Source of the DNA: the human T2T-CHM13v2.0 reference genome, Homo sapiens
NCBI RefSeq assembly: GCF_009914755.1
Contig: NC_060934.1
DNA length: 64,000 nucleotides
Direction: 5' to 3' (one strand)
The position numbers and the translations under genes are program-made. Positions 1 to 15,299 of the stretch are shown in pieces. How positions within the stretch are numbered: the first letter of the stretch is position 1; every line of letters starts with the position of its first letter. Below the pieces are notes generated by a model. The model saw only the letters and a program-made list of their open reading frames with translations. It searched no databases and was not told where the DNA came from.

Positions 1-241
1 GGCTTCCTTTGCAGGAAGATTACACAGCCAGCTGTGAGAAGGAAGTCAGATAACACACATCTGATGCTCTCCTCCAGATACTGAGGCTCTTAATACCAGA
101 TGCTCTTCTGGCAGCTGTTTTTCTGGCTTCCTCTCAGAGAAGTATCCTTGATAAGAAGAGAGCCAATCAGCAAGATAGAGAATAAGATGTTGAAAGTGAT
201 GTATCTGCCGTCTAACATGAAATCTCTTAAAATCTAGGTTC

Positions 242-430
242 TTTTTTTTTTTTTTTTTTGGAAGACAGGGTCTTGCTCTGTTGCCCAGGCTAGAGTGCAG
301 TGGCATGATCATGGCTCACTGCAGCCTCAACCTCCGCGGCTCAAGCAATCCTCCCACCCCAGCACCCACCACCCACCCCGCCCACCCCCAGATAACTGGG
401 AGTCCAGGAGTGCTTCATCATACCCGACTG
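242..430 (-). mobile_element. Alu right-arm monomer (FRAM/AluJ-like) with internal C-rich expansion
   Basis: poly-T followed by Alu right-arm reverse complement; 13-bp TSD AAAATCTAGGTTC at 229-241 and 431-443. Confidence 0.85.
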
Positions 431-779
431 AAAATCTAGGTTCTAATTTCCTGCTATTAAACATAAGAAGAATGAGAGCATGCCTTATGTTTCCAAATCT
501 GACTTCAAACACTGGAAGATTCACGGTTGCAAAACTTCTGTTTGTCTTTAAAAAATATGTTGGTCAAGAGTTTTCTTTAGTCTAAAATTATTGAAAGGCT
601 AAGAGGTCACCTTAACTCCCTTCTACAGTCTTCAAAAAATGCGGGTGGCCCTTATTGCAACATAATGCTGATCTGCATAATAGTAGCTGTGATCGTTAAG
701 GACTCTTATCAGCATAACCTTAGTTGTGCAGGGCAGTCAGGCTGTACAGCCTCATTGCCTGGCAGCTAAGGGCTTGGTT

Positions 780-1240
780 TGGATGCAGGTGGGACTCATC
801 AGGATCCAGCCTTCACAATATGCTAATTCTATGATTTGGGCTAATAGCTTAATCTTTCTTTCTTTTTTCTTTCTTTTTTTTTTGAGACAGAGTCTCACTC
901 TTTCAGTCACCCAGGCTGGAGTGCAGTGGTGCAATCTTGGCTCACTGCAACCTCCACCTCCTGGGTTAAGCCATTCTTGTGCCTCAAGCCTCCCGAGTAG
1001 CTGGGATTACAGGTGTGCACCACCATACACCATACCCAGCCAATTTTTGTATTTTTAGTAGAGATGGGGCTAGTCTGGAACTCAAGTGATCTGCGTGCCT
1101 CAGCCTCCCAAAGTGTTGGGATTACAGGTGTGAGCCACTGCACCCGACCTTAATGGCTTAATCTTTCTCTGTTTCAGTTTCCTCGTTTGTCAAAGGAAAA
1201 TAGTATCTACATCATGGAGCACTGAGAAACACAACGATGG
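780..1240 (+). mobile_element. MIR fragment interrupted by an Alu
   Basis: MIR core-like 'cttaatctttctctgtttcagtttcctcgtttgtcaaagg' continuing across the Alu. Confidence 0.6.
860..1150 (-). mobile_element. Alu (S/J) with small internal deletion
   Basis: Alu consensus; TSD taat(a/g)gcttaatctttct at 842 and 1151. Confidence 0.9.
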
Positions 1241-1336
1241 AATCTTTTACTGTTTCACTGGCAGCTTTTAGCGTGATAATATTCTGGTTTTTAGTGTCCC
1301 AAAGAAGAGTCTCAGAGGCTCTTATTTTTAAATTAG

Positions 1337-1656
<320 letters not shown>

Positions 1657-1666
1657 AATCATTTGA

Positions 1667-1948
1667 CTTTTTTATTTTTTCAAGACAAGATCTCACTCTT
1701 GTTTAGAGTGCAGTGGCGTGATCACAGCTCACTGCAGCCTTGAACTCCTGGGCTCAAGTGATCCTCTCACCTTAGCCTCCTGAGTAGCAACTACAGGCAC
1801 ACGTCACCACTTCTGGCCAGTTTTAAAAATTATTTGTAGGGACAGGGTCTTGCTGTGTTGCCCAGACTGGTCTTCAAAGCCTGGCCTCAAGCGATCCTCT
1901 CGCTTTGACCTCCTAAAGTGCTGGGATCATGAGCCACTGCACCTGGCC
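1667..1948 (-). mobile_element. AluJ
   Basis: diverged Alu with J-type 'ctgcagccttgaactcctgggctcaag'. Confidence 0.85.
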
Positions 1949-2875
1949 TCACTTGACTTTTTTGTCAACAAATATTTGAGCACCTGAAGAGGTTAATTTT
2001 TTCCATTGTTAAAGAATAACTTTATTACATTTCTGAAACTGGTATTTTTCTTTCATTCAGTGCTTAGTATTCATATTTCTTTTATTTATTTATCCCATAT
2101 ATATTTATTTGGCACCTACCATGGTAAAGGTATTTGAGAAGAATGCAAACCATTGGACTTAACCCTGTCTTCAATTCAGTAAAAGAAATAGGCATTCACA
2201 TATAAAGAATAGTCTTTCCAGATCCAGCCCAGATGGCATGCCTTCTGAGATGGTCATAACATTGCAGTACTGCAGTACTTACATTGTAGCATCTAATCAG
2301 GTTGCATTACATATATTTTTTACATTTCTTTTTCTCACCTAGAATAATCTTCTGGAGGTAGAAACCTTGTCTTACCACCCATTTCTTCTTTCGCCTCTGT
2401 AAACTCAGCATTTAAAGGAATACACAACCTAGATTAGGCTAGATCCAAAATTTCTGTTGCGTGAAGGAATGAGCCACTATTTCTAATACAGTTAGAATGT
2501 GATAGATGGTACAGATAGAGAGGGGTACAGAGCCACAGAATTCAATGATTGATTGCAGTTTGAGCAGTCAGAAAGAAGAGATTTCTTAACTAAGAAGTTA
2601 GGAATGGCTAAGTAATTTTCCCCTAAGTTAAGAAGTCAACATTTGAACCAGGGCCAGAATTTCCTGTCCTCAGAGGAGGTCTCCAGGAAAAAAAAAAAGA
2701 ATTTCCAGTTTATGGTCTTTTCATTCATTATGGGCCTATGGACCTTGGTTTTCTTAAAGGTTTTCTTCCACCTCTAATTTTTCCAAAGTTTGTTGACATC
2801 ATGTACATCACATTGGGTCAAGCAATAGAGCCATAGACATGACTTCCATTGCCGTTTCTTTAAAAAGGCAAATCT

Positions 2876-3231
<356 letters not shown>

Positions 3232-3659
3232 TTAAATAACCAATAACCATAGAAAATAGATTCCTATCTGTATTTTATATAAAAAGAAAGTTGCTTCTTT
3301 TAAAAACTCTGAGTTCAGAAAGATCTGTAGTCCAGCAATCCCTCACAGTTGTGGTCACTGTGTAACTGCACAGTTTGGAAATGCTATTTTTTATGTCTTC
3401 ATTAATGAATAGATGTTGATGGCTTCTTACTTGCAGAAACCAACTTTCCACTCCTAGTCTCAGAAACCATTCTGAAATTAATTTTTCAATCTTTACTCCC
3501 AGTTATTCACAGAATTTCTACCTAACTTACTTGGTATATAGAATCTACTCTGTGGTTTCAGTTAGTCTATGTGGATTCTTTTATCTGATGTGCTCAGATC
3601 ATAAAAGAAACGAATAATACATTTTAACCTAAAAATCTGACATGTCCAACAAAGAGTAA

Positions 3660-3992
<333 letters not shown>

Positions 3993-4034
3993 GGGATTAT
4001 TCTTTAACATGAACATTACAGGGGGCAAAAATAA

Positions 4035-4365
<331 letters not shown>

Positions 4366-4530
4366 AATATGAGCATTTGAAACAGGGTCAGTGAGGCCAA
4401 GAGGTCATTCTTCTGGTTTCTCCCATCAGACCAGGGCTTTGCTGCTGTCTGAGTGCCCCTCAGGCTTCCTTAGGGTCCCCTCCTCAACCATCCCCTCCTT
4501 TGAATGTGTTTGTGTAAAAACTGCTCTGGA

Positions 4531-4815
<285 letters not shown>

Positions 4816-4869
4816 TCAAATATAGGTTATCATAAGAAAGCTGCAAAGAGAAGTATGTCTTAAAGCTGA

Positions 4870-5240
4870 TGTATTAATCAGGATTGTCTATTAGGTTGGT
4901 GCAAAAGTAATTGCAGTTTTTGCCATTACTTTTGCACCAACCTAATAGGTTATGCTACTTAACAAATTAACCCTGTGATTTATTAATATTTGTGGTATTT
5001 TCTGATATGACAGAGAAACATTTTATTTCTTACACACACAAATCTTATTCTCACAATGACTTAGGAATTCTGGCTACTTCCCTCTTGCGATCATGCCATC
5101 TCAACACATGGATTCCAGGTCACCATGACAGAGAGAGACAGAGCTGATGGGTTGTATACACGCTCTTAAATATATTGGCCTGGAAGTGGCATATGTCACT
5201 TCACTTCATAGTAGCTTCTTGGTTCTAGTACCCACTGGGA
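4870..5240. mobile_element. MLT1 (ERVL-MaLR) LTR relic interrupted by MADE1
   Basis: 'tgtattaatcaggat...ggttatgct...aacaaa' start and 'ggcctggaagtggcatatgtcacttc' typical of old MLT1. Confidence 0.55.
4891..4945. mobile_element. MADE1 (Hsmar1-derived MITE), internally deleted
   Basis: TIR ttaggttggtgcaaaagtaat ... attacttttgcaccaacctaa flanked by TA TSDs. Confidence 0.95.
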
Positions 5241-6015
5241 TATTTGTTGTATTCAGGTTTTGGCTGTGGAATCTAGCTTAAGACTAAAATCTTCCTGCTC
5301 TAGTTTGTTTCATCAGCTCTCCCAATGTAATTGATTATTTTATCAATTTTGTTATACCTAGCACTTTATCTGTACAATGACGTCATTGGCATTTTTACAG
5401 AATATAAACATATTAACAGATATTCCTATCTGTAAGTAATGGCATCTATGTCTTTGTGACTTATTTTTGATGAATTTAATTGTATCAAATCAAATTGCAG
5501 AACTCCAGCATGGACTATGCTGTATGCTGTAGATCTCAGGGAGTCAGTTTATACCTCAGGGAATAAACGTACTACCCTCTGTTATGTGTGAAAAACTCCA
5601 AATTCATTAGATATGCATCTGTCATATTTGTCTTGGCTCTGATCTATATCTGTCTATTCAAAATTTACGTACATGCATCTATATTTATGAAGGTACCTTC
5701 CAGTGAAGGCTGAAAAGTAAGGCTAATTGAAATTAAGACACATGTATACTATACACTGTTCAGTAAGTCGCAGCCTTTGGCCACGGTGAAGGTCTGGATA
5801 CAAGGCTAATGTTGTAGAAAGTGTATGTTTTGAAAAACTAGGCATGTTTTGTAAATAAATAAATAAGTAAAAAGTTTAGAAATGGAACTAGACTCAGCTA
5901 AGAATTTCCTCTTCAGAGCTATTAATTTATTCTAATCCAATGGCGAAATGATGGGAGAATAGCCACATGTAGTAGAAGCAGCTACTTAGTTGTGTGAACT
6001 AATGACTGAATATGA

Positions 6016-6344
<329 letters not shown>

Positions 6345-6434
6345 TCAGAGCAGTTTTTTACCTAAACTTTTGGGAGGAAAGGACATAAATTTTTTAGCAA
6401 TTAAGAAATCTAGTATACTGTGTGCACAGCAAAT

Positions 6435-6545
6435 AATAATAGCACCAAAATCTCACAAATCACCGGTGAAGAACTTACTCATTTAACCAAATACTACCTA
6501 TTCCTCAAAAACGTATAGAAATAAAAAATAAATAAATAAAATATT
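6435..6545 (+). mobile_element. L1 3' end fragment (L1PB-like)
   Basis: 'gcaccaaaatctcacaaatcacc..aagaacttactcat..aaccaaa' plus A-rich tail. Confidence 0.7.
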
Positions 6546-6742
6546 AATAAGCCACAATAGGAAGAGGGAAGAAATATCCTTATGCAAACTATGAAGAACA
6601 CAGAGAAAGCCAGTAACATGCTCAGTATTTTTTTTAGCACTGTTTTCTCAACAAATATTTATAATGGTGGAAAAGACTGTAAGGAGAACGTATTATTTGC
6701 CATCAGCTAAAATTGCTGTGCTGTTTCTCTTTACATGTATTA

Positions 6743-6981
6743 CAGGTTGAGTATCCTTTATCTGAAATGCTTGGGACCAGAAATATTTCAGATTTCAATT
6801 TTTTTGGGGGGTGGATTTTGAAATATCTGCATTATATACTTACTGGTTGAGCATCTCTAATTTGAAAATCTGAAATCCGAAATGCTCCACCATGGCCTTT
6901 GAGTGTCATGTTGGTACGCAAATATCTCAGATTTTGGAGCTTTTCAGATATTGAATTTCAAGATTAGGGATGCCGAGCCTG
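6743..6981 (+). mobile_element. Tigger4a (TcMar-Tigger MITE)
   Basis: caggttgagtatcc TIR, 'aaatgcttgggaccagaa', ends cctg, TA TSDs. Confidence 0.85.
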
Positions 6982-7027
6982 TAGTGTAGTCCATCCTCTC
7001 TACAACTCTGTTGGGTAGGCACTACTA

Positions 7028-7349
7028 TTTGTTTTGTTTTTTTTTTTTTTTTTTTTTTTGAGACAGAGTCTCACTCTTTCATCCAGGCTGGAATGCATCT
7101 TGGCAGGTGCGATCTTGGCTCACAGCAATCTCTGCCTCCTGGGTTCAAGCAGTTCTCCTGCCTCAGCCTCCCAAGTACCTGGGATTACAGGTGCCTGCAA
7201 CCACTCCTGGCTAACTTTTGCATTTTTGGCTAACTTTTGCATTTTTAGTTGAAATGTGGTTTCACCATGTTGCCCAGGCTGATCTTGAACTCCTGGCCTC
7301 AAGTGATCCACCCACCTTGGCCTCCCAAAGTGCTGGGATTACAGGTGTG
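7028..7349 (-). mobile_element. Alu with 19-bp internal tandem duplication
   Basis: TSD gggtaggcactactatt; ggctaacttttgcattttt duplicated at about 7209-7246. Confidence 0.9.
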
Positions 7350-7364
7350 GGGTAGGCACTACTA

Positions 7365-7510
7365 TTAACTATAGTTAACAGAATGGGAAACTGAGGCACA
7401 AAGCAGTTCAGGCTTGTCTGAGGAGACACAGCAAGTAAGTGGCAGCACCAGTATTTAAATCCAGTTATCTTCCTGTGGGAGCCTTGCTCTTAAATTCTAG
7501 ATCAGACCAC
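7365..7510 (-). mobile_element. MIR
   Basis: 'gggaaactgaggcaca...acacagcaagtaagtggcag' MIR core. Confidence 0.7.
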
Positions 7511-7711
7511 CTCTCTGATGGGGGATGAAACAGAAAGATGTTCTGAAATGCTAAGGAAAAGAAAGACTGGACTGGGGACCAGTCTGCCTCGTGTCAGTAA
7601 GTGTGAATGAGATTTAACGCTCATCCTGCAATGGATGAAGTGCCAGCGTCCTGGTTGGATTTGCCTTTAATAATTTGAAGAAGAAAAGGAGTTTGGCACT
7701 GAAGAAGCAGT

Positions 7712-7874
7712 AGTGTGCCTGCCTGTAGTCCCAGCTACTTGGGAGGCTGAGCTGGGGGGATCATCCATGCCCAGAGGTCAAGGCTGCTGTGAGCTGAGCA
7801 GTGATCGTACCACTGCACTCCAGCCTGGGTAACGGAGTGCGACTCTGTCTCAAAAATAAATAAGTAAATAATAA
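7712..7874 (+). mobile_element. Alu right-arm monomer (AluJ/FRAM)
   Basis: right arm plus tail; TSD aagaagcagt. Confidence 0.85.
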
Positions 7875-8319
7875 AGAAGCAGTTGCATACATAGTGGTGA
7901 GTACGCAGAAAGTGAAAACTGAGAAAAAACCATTTTCAGAGCAAGCACTGCACGTGAAAGGAGTATGGTGTCATAACAGAATCACAAGTCATAGCTGGAG
8001 AATTTACAATATTGTATGTGCGAGTGTATATTTAATGGAATACTGGAGGCCCGTGAGCAAAGAATATGATAGGATCGAATCAGTAGAAAAACATCTCTTG
8101 TCCTCAGAGAAATTCCAGATAATGTTAGATATGTCTAAGGAAAATCAGGATGTGGTCAATGATCAGGAACAATAGTCATTTACATTTGGATATGATGAAA
8201 AACAAAAGTAAAAAAGAAAAAAAATGAACAGAAAGAAGAGCCTAAGATCTAAGAAAGATGATGTTCCTCAAGGGATGAGATGAAGGAGCTAGCTTGGATG
8301 TGATACCTGGAGGACTGAT

Positions 8320-8630
8320 TTATTTTTCACTCTTGGGTTTTTTTTTTTTTTTGAGATGGAGTCCGGCTCTCTCACCCAGGCTGGAGTGCAGTGGCATGAT
8401 CTCGGCTCACTGCAACCTCCACCTCCGGGGTTCAGCCTTCTGCCTCAGCCTCCCATATAGCTGGGACTACAGGCATGTGCCACCACGCCTGAGTAATTTT
8501 TGTATTCTTAGTAGAGATGGGGTTTCACCACGTTGGCCAGGGTGGTCTCAAACTCCTGACCTCAAGCAAATTCACCTGCCCTGGATTCCCAAAGTGTTGG
8601 GATTACAGGCGTGAGCCACTGCACGTGGCC
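8320..8630 (-). mobile_element. AluS
   Basis: full Alu; TSD gaggactga. Confidence 0.9.
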
Positions 8631-9374
8631 GAGGACTGACACTTTGAGTTGTGACTCAAAGGTCGTTGAAGTACATCTCAGAAGATTTGGACCATTACAT
8701 AGTAGGACATCTTGCGGCAGAGACTGAACAATTGAAAAGACTAAATTCAGGGGTTGTAGTTTTACTTGCAAAATTGACGTACAGTTGACGTTAATCACCC
8801 AGAATGCAGAAAAACAGCAAAGGAATCCTAAATGGGGATCATTCATAACACATCGCTTTTGATCCATGTTTAATTGGGTGCCACCAACCTCAGCATTAGC
8901 TTTCATTTTAATTAGTGACATGGAAGAGCAAGAGAACATATCTTGAGAACAGTGCTATATTAAGGAAAGCTCTGCAAGAAATCAAAATAAGATTCTACTA
9001 GAAAACCTGCTAAGGAGTGCCCGGGGGTAGGTGGGGAAGTATGGAAAGGCAAGAACCGAAGTCTAGCTAGGCAGTGTCAGGAGACACCTGGAAAGTGGTA
9101 GTCAGCTAGAGGAAATTGCCACAAAATTAGATGGAAATTTTCAGTGTTGAGGGATCTAAAAAAGACCAATGTGATTCAGTCCAGTGCATAGATGCAGAAC
9201 TCATACTGCAAATGTCCAAATTGTCCTTCCTGTCTTTTCTTGTCAAACTTGAGCCTTTGCCATTTATTCATTCTTCCTGCAGTTATGTTCTTGGATTAAT
9301 TCATTCAAATGCTTATTTATTTATTAGGGATCTACATTTCGAGGTTGGCATTGAACATTATATAAAAAGTACAA

Positions 9375-9687
9375 GGCCGGGCACAGTGGCTCATTAATCC
9401 CAGCACTTTGGGAGGCTGAGGCAGGTGGATTGCCAGAGCTCAGGAGCAACATGGTAAAACCTTATCTCTACAAAAAAAAAAAAAAAAAAAAAAAAAAAAG
9501 AATAAAGAAAAATTAGCCAGGCATAGTGGTGTACACCTACAGTCCCAGATACTTAGGAGGCTGAGATGGGAGGATCATTTGAGCCTGGGAAGTCAAGGCT
9601 GCAGTGAGTCATGATCATTCCACCATACTCCAGCCTGGGTGACAAAGCAAGACCCTGTCTCAATAAAATAAAGAAATAAAAATAAAA
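9375..9687 (+). mobile_element. AluJ with expanded middle A tract
   Basis: Alu dimer; TSD aaaaagtacaa. Confidence 0.88.
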
Positions 9688-9712
9688 AGTACAAAACCCA
9701 ACATCTGCCCTC

Positions 9713-10007
9713 TCTTAGTCCATTTGTGATGCTTCCACTCATGACCAAAAGGGGAGCCTCTGTTTGCAGAGATCACATTGTCTGAGAGGATGCAAGAGTG
9801 TTGAAGAGGTGCCAGGCTCTTTTTAACAACCAGTTCTCATGGGAACTAATAAAGTGAGAACTCATTCACCCCTAAGGGAGAGCATTCATCCCATTCATGA
9901 GGGATCCACCAGCCTCCATAACTCAAACACCTCCCATTAGGCCCCTTCAACTTTGGGGATCAAATTTCAACATGAGATTTGGAGGGGACAAATATCCAAA
10001 CCATAGC
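9713..10007. mobile_element. MST (ERVL-MaLR) solo LTR, internally deleted
   Basis: 'gtgccaggctctttttaacaaccag', 'caaatttcaacatgagatttggaggggacaaatatccaaaccatagca'. Confidence 0.8.
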
Positions 10008-10635
10008 ATGCACTGCCAAAGAGATATCTCTTTAGTGGAAACAGTACAAACCTTTGGGTATGATTTGAGTATGGGATGATCCAGGAATATTTAATTTAGT
10101 ATTGAATTTGCAAGTAGTTGAGGCTATCATTACTCATTTATAATTTTGTTAGATGTGATCAGAGAGTGCAATCTCTAAAATTCTTACTTTTAAATTTCGC
10201 TTAAAGATTGGTTTACAAAGTTTTTCTTAGAATAAAATACACAATCAGTATTGCATAGATATTCATGGACATTTATCTATTCTGTATTCTATGCACATAC
10301 ATACGCACACATATATATTGGGTTTGTTGATTGTATTATTCATTTCTTCTCAGTCTTTATTTTTTAAGGTTGTTCACTTCTGAGCAAAGTATAACAAAGT
10401 CTCCCATATCATTGTATTTTTATCTTTTTCTCCCTGCGTTCCTAAGAATTTGTTTCACAGGTTTTTAGTTATGATCACACCTTCTCTATAAGTTATGTCT
10501 TTAACATTACCAGATGACCTCTTCATTCTGTTTAGTGTCTGTTAACTTTTTAAAAATATTATCTCTCTTGATTTACATTTGTTTGCATCTGTCAGGTATG
10601 CCTTATCATTCATTTTCAATGTTTTTGTATTAATA

Positions 10636-11215
<580 letters not shown>

Positions 11216-11566
11216 AGAAACTACATACAAAAAACTTGGCTTTGCTTTTTCAGCCTAATTCGTTAAGTCTGTTTTTAATGGGAAATTCCGTCCACTAGCA
11301 TTTAGTGTAACAACTGATGGACTTAATTATATTCCTCCATCTTAATTTGACAGCAAGTACTGTATGTCTATTCTTCTTCTCTCTTAAATGTGGCTCATGC
11401 TATTTAAATGCGAAACAATGGCTTGAGTTTAGGTCTTGACAAGCTGTATCTGAAATGACAGTGGTTGCTCCAAGTGAAAATGACTGTTAGACAATTGGAG
11501 ATAAAATAGGACTGGACCCTATGCCAGGAAACAAGACTAGACAGATACATGTTGGAGGGATCAGCT

Positions 11567-11831
11567 CTATTAGTCACAGTTCTTCAGAATATCAGAGCCA
11601 ATAGCAGAATTCCTTTTTCTTTGGGGGACCTCAGTCTTTGCTTCTAAGGTCTTCAACTGATTAAATGAGGTCTACTCACATTATGGTGGGCCATCTGCCT
11701 TACTCCAAGTCTACTGATTTAAATGCTAATCACACCTAAAAAATACCTTTACAGCAACATCTACACTGGTGTTTGACCGAACAACTGGGCACCATAACCT
11801 GGCCAAGTTGAAACATGAAATTAACCATCCC
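11567..11831. mobile_element. MLT2 (ERVL) LTR fragment
   Basis: 'gtgtttgaccgaacaactgggcaccata..ggccaagttga..aaattaaccatc' MLT2 terminus. Confidence 0.7.
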
Positions 11832-12499
11832 CCTCTGCACCAACAGTTGACAGAATGTGAATGGATAATTTCTAAAAACAAGTAACAACTACAATCAAAC
11901 ACAGAGCCAAAGATCAAGGGTTTAGCATTAGAGAATTACCACAGTTGGGGTCCATGTTTCATTAAAGAATCCAAGCATTCTTATCTTTTGGTGATACTTG
12001 TAGTGTGGTCTTGACTTACGAAATGTATATGTGTTGTTTTCTACCTTTTTCATGTTTGACAGTTTTTCTTTAGACCAGAACTTCGGATTGCAGCTATTTC
12101 TTAAGAGTTGCTATTTCATTAGCCTTATCAACATCCTAGAGATCTGTTTGCCCTGGGGTTTTGAGGGCTAAGCCCTGAGTTGTAATGCATTAACTCTGTT
12201 CTGTGCAGTCCTTCTAGGACTAAATACAGCCTGCAGCTAAATACATACTGCTTCTCCAAGGCTGCTGCTGTGCTGATGTTTCTGTCTGAACTACCCCAGA
12301 CTCCAGTACCGTCTGTTAACTCCGTATCTCGGAGGATCTGCAGAAGGTCCGCGTTGACCCTTTGCAATCCAGTATGCACTTTCAGGCTCATCTACTAAAT
12401 AAATCCTTTCAGCATGGCTTCGTTTAGTTAGGCTCTTAGTATCCCAATTATGAGCAATTTTATTAAACTAGGAGTATCAGTGCCTGGTAGTTAAGTACA

Positions 12500-12680
12500 G
12501 GTGTTTTGGGTTTAAATCTCGGGTCAGCCTGAGTTCAAATCTCAGCTCCAACACTTAATAGCCATGTAAACTTACTGTAATTACCTAACCTCTCTAAAGC
12601 TCAATTTCTCCATTTGTAAAATGGGAATAATGATTGTTCTTACATCATACTATTGCTGTGAGGCTTAAATGAGATAAGGG
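12500..12680 (+). mobile_element. MIR
   Basis: 'ttcaaatctcagctcca..ttacctaacctctct..ctcaatttctccatttgtaaaatggg'. Confidence 0.75.
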
Positions 12681-12761
12681 TTGGTTATTTGAATGATAAA
12701 AAAAATTGATATTTTGCTTGAAAGAAAGTATTCCTTTTCTACCTGACAACTTCCAATTCAT

Positions 12762-13080
12762 ATTTCTTTTCTCTTTTCTTTTCCATTCTTTTTCTTTTTC
12801 TTTTTTTCGACGGCGTTTTGCTCTTGTTGCCCAGGCTGGAGTGCAATGGGCAGTCTCGGCTCACTGGAATCTCCGCCTCCCAGATTCAAGCAATTGTCCT
12901 GCCTCAGCCTCCCAAGTAGTTGGGAATAAAGGCATGTGCCACCACACTCAGCTAATTTTTTTGTATTTAGTAGGTTTCACCATGTTGGGCAGGCTGGTCT
13001 CAAACTCCTGGCCTCAGGTGATCCACCCTACTCAGCCTCCCAAAGTGCTTGGATTATAGGCGTGAGCCACTGCGCTAGGC
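12762..13080 (-). mobile_element. AluS
   Basis: full Alu reverse complement. Confidence 0.88.
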
Positions 13081-13168
13081 TCATGTTTCTTAAGAAACAA
13101 AAATTCAGGCCATAAATAGTTAAGTCTAACCTCTTTCCCCAGCTGTTTGTGTTCTTTTATCTTTGTGA

Positions 13169-13488
<320 letters not shown>

Positions 13489-15146
13489 CCGTTTTCTACC
13501 TCTGCTATAAAACAGGTTTGTTGAAGCGAATTCAAGACAGAGAGTCTTATTTGCTCTCCAAGTCAATCATAGGTACCCATGATGTTGCTAAATTTAGAAA
13601 AAATAGCTCATCTACATGCATTTATTGAGCTCTGATTTGATTAGTATGATGCTAAGGTTGCCATCAGGCAAATCACAATGTCATTAAGGCTTAGTGAGAT
13701 GTTTTTCTCATTCAGGGATGGTAGGAAAAATCGTCACTGGACTGGCCACCTCTAATCAACTCTTGGCATTTCTGCCCAGCCTTCGTGTGTTGTCCTTATT
13801 GCTGGGATCCTTGTTGCCAAACACTTTCCCAGCTCTAAGTTGTTCAAGATCTCTCTGTCTTGATCATAATAATGTCAATGCTGGTTACAAATTTTTCTCT
13901 TGGGTTTACCTCTGCCTGTCCACTGAGGAAACGGTTAATGGAGTTGCTTTCCCATCTGAATTCTTTCTGGACTCTCTCCATTTGCCTTTACATTCTGACT
14001 CTTCTCGCTCTCTTTTCCAAGCCTGAATTCAATAAGCAAAAGCTGAGATACTGTAATTTCCTAAATAACCCAAAGGGAAGATCTGGCATAATTTATAACC
14101 ACTCTGACTGCTGAATCAACTTGCACTTGCTCTTCTCTCTAATGGAACTTTGAAGAATAACTGTAATTGAATAGTGCCTCCACCCCATCTTCAGATTTGA
14201 CCGAATCAAGCCTAGATCTGGTTATATCTGGTTTTTGTTTGTTTCATGTTGTGTTTGTGCCCCACTGAGTATAAAGCCCAAGTGTGGGCTTCATCTGGAT
14301 GTATTTTCATCTCACAGAGACATTAATTGAATCTCTGACAATAGTCTTGCCTCCGAGGAGTGCTCCAACTCTGGCTGCGGTATTAAACCAAGGTAGTTCT
14401 TGGTTGCCTTCAAAGGTAACCTCCCATCTGTTGACAGTGAACTACGGCAATGCAACGCTTACAGAATCATTGGAGGAGAGGATCCAAAGCGTTTACAATT
14501 CCCTGCTATGCAAAGAGTCATTCTGAGTTTTTTTAACCTATGATTGCTCTCTGTAAATACCTGGGTGCACCCAGCAAGGTGTAGAGGTTAATGTTTGCTC
14601 TCTGACCTTTGAAGACAGATGCACTGAATATGTTGCAGTTTGCAATGGGATCCGTGGCAAGTTAACAGCAGACTGCTCCTTCAGCTACTGCTGTTTCCAA
14701 AACTCTGCAGTGTCACATCTTGCTCGCGGCTGCCTCCTCAGAAGTGCTTCTCAGCTTCCATTCAGCTCCCTGCTGAGTTCCTCTGAAGAACTTTGTACTG
14801 TGGCATATGACAGCGACCTGATAACATTATGATAAACTCCTATGGGTTTGAACTCAGTCCTATTCAAATTTTCTGGTGCCTAGTGGTCAGCAGTCTTAGA
14901 CCTGGGGAGTAAGAGGTGTGTCTGCAGTGAATTTAGAGGTGAGAAGAAAGAGGGCTGGACTCAGATATTGAGTATCTTAGAGCCTACGGACCATTTCCCA
15001 AAGCCTAGAATAGATTTCAGCGTAATTCTGGTAATTTACATAAACTAGGATAGACATGCAAAATATCTGGATATGTTAGGAAGGAGTTAAAAAGTTCTCC
15101 ACACCTTTTCCTACCACCTCTGCAGCCATAGAAGCCGAGGGGAAAT

Positions 15147-15170
15147 GCACACACACACACACATACACAC
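15147..15170. repeat. (CA)n microsatellite
   Basis: cacacacacacacacatacacac. Confidence 0.9.
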
Positions 15171-15299
15171 TCTGGCAGGGAACCTGTTTTGCAAGTTTTG
15201 CTGGTAAAAAGTTCTAGGAAGGGGGCTGGTGGAGAACAGAGTGGAAAAGAAGTATCAATTGAAGGTTTTTCAAGACCTGAGTTTTCAAGGTAACTTTAT

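Noticed and set aside
90-218. 42-aa minus-strand sORF with hydrophobic stretch (MLDGRYITFNILFSILLIGSLLIKD...)
   Set aside because: Short, poor start context, no promoter or splice support; hydrophobicity is expected from T-rich DNA
7894-9130. Purine-rich stretch with 93-aa and 125-aa ORFs
   Set aside because: No recognisable domain; probably ancient repeat decay that I cannot classify
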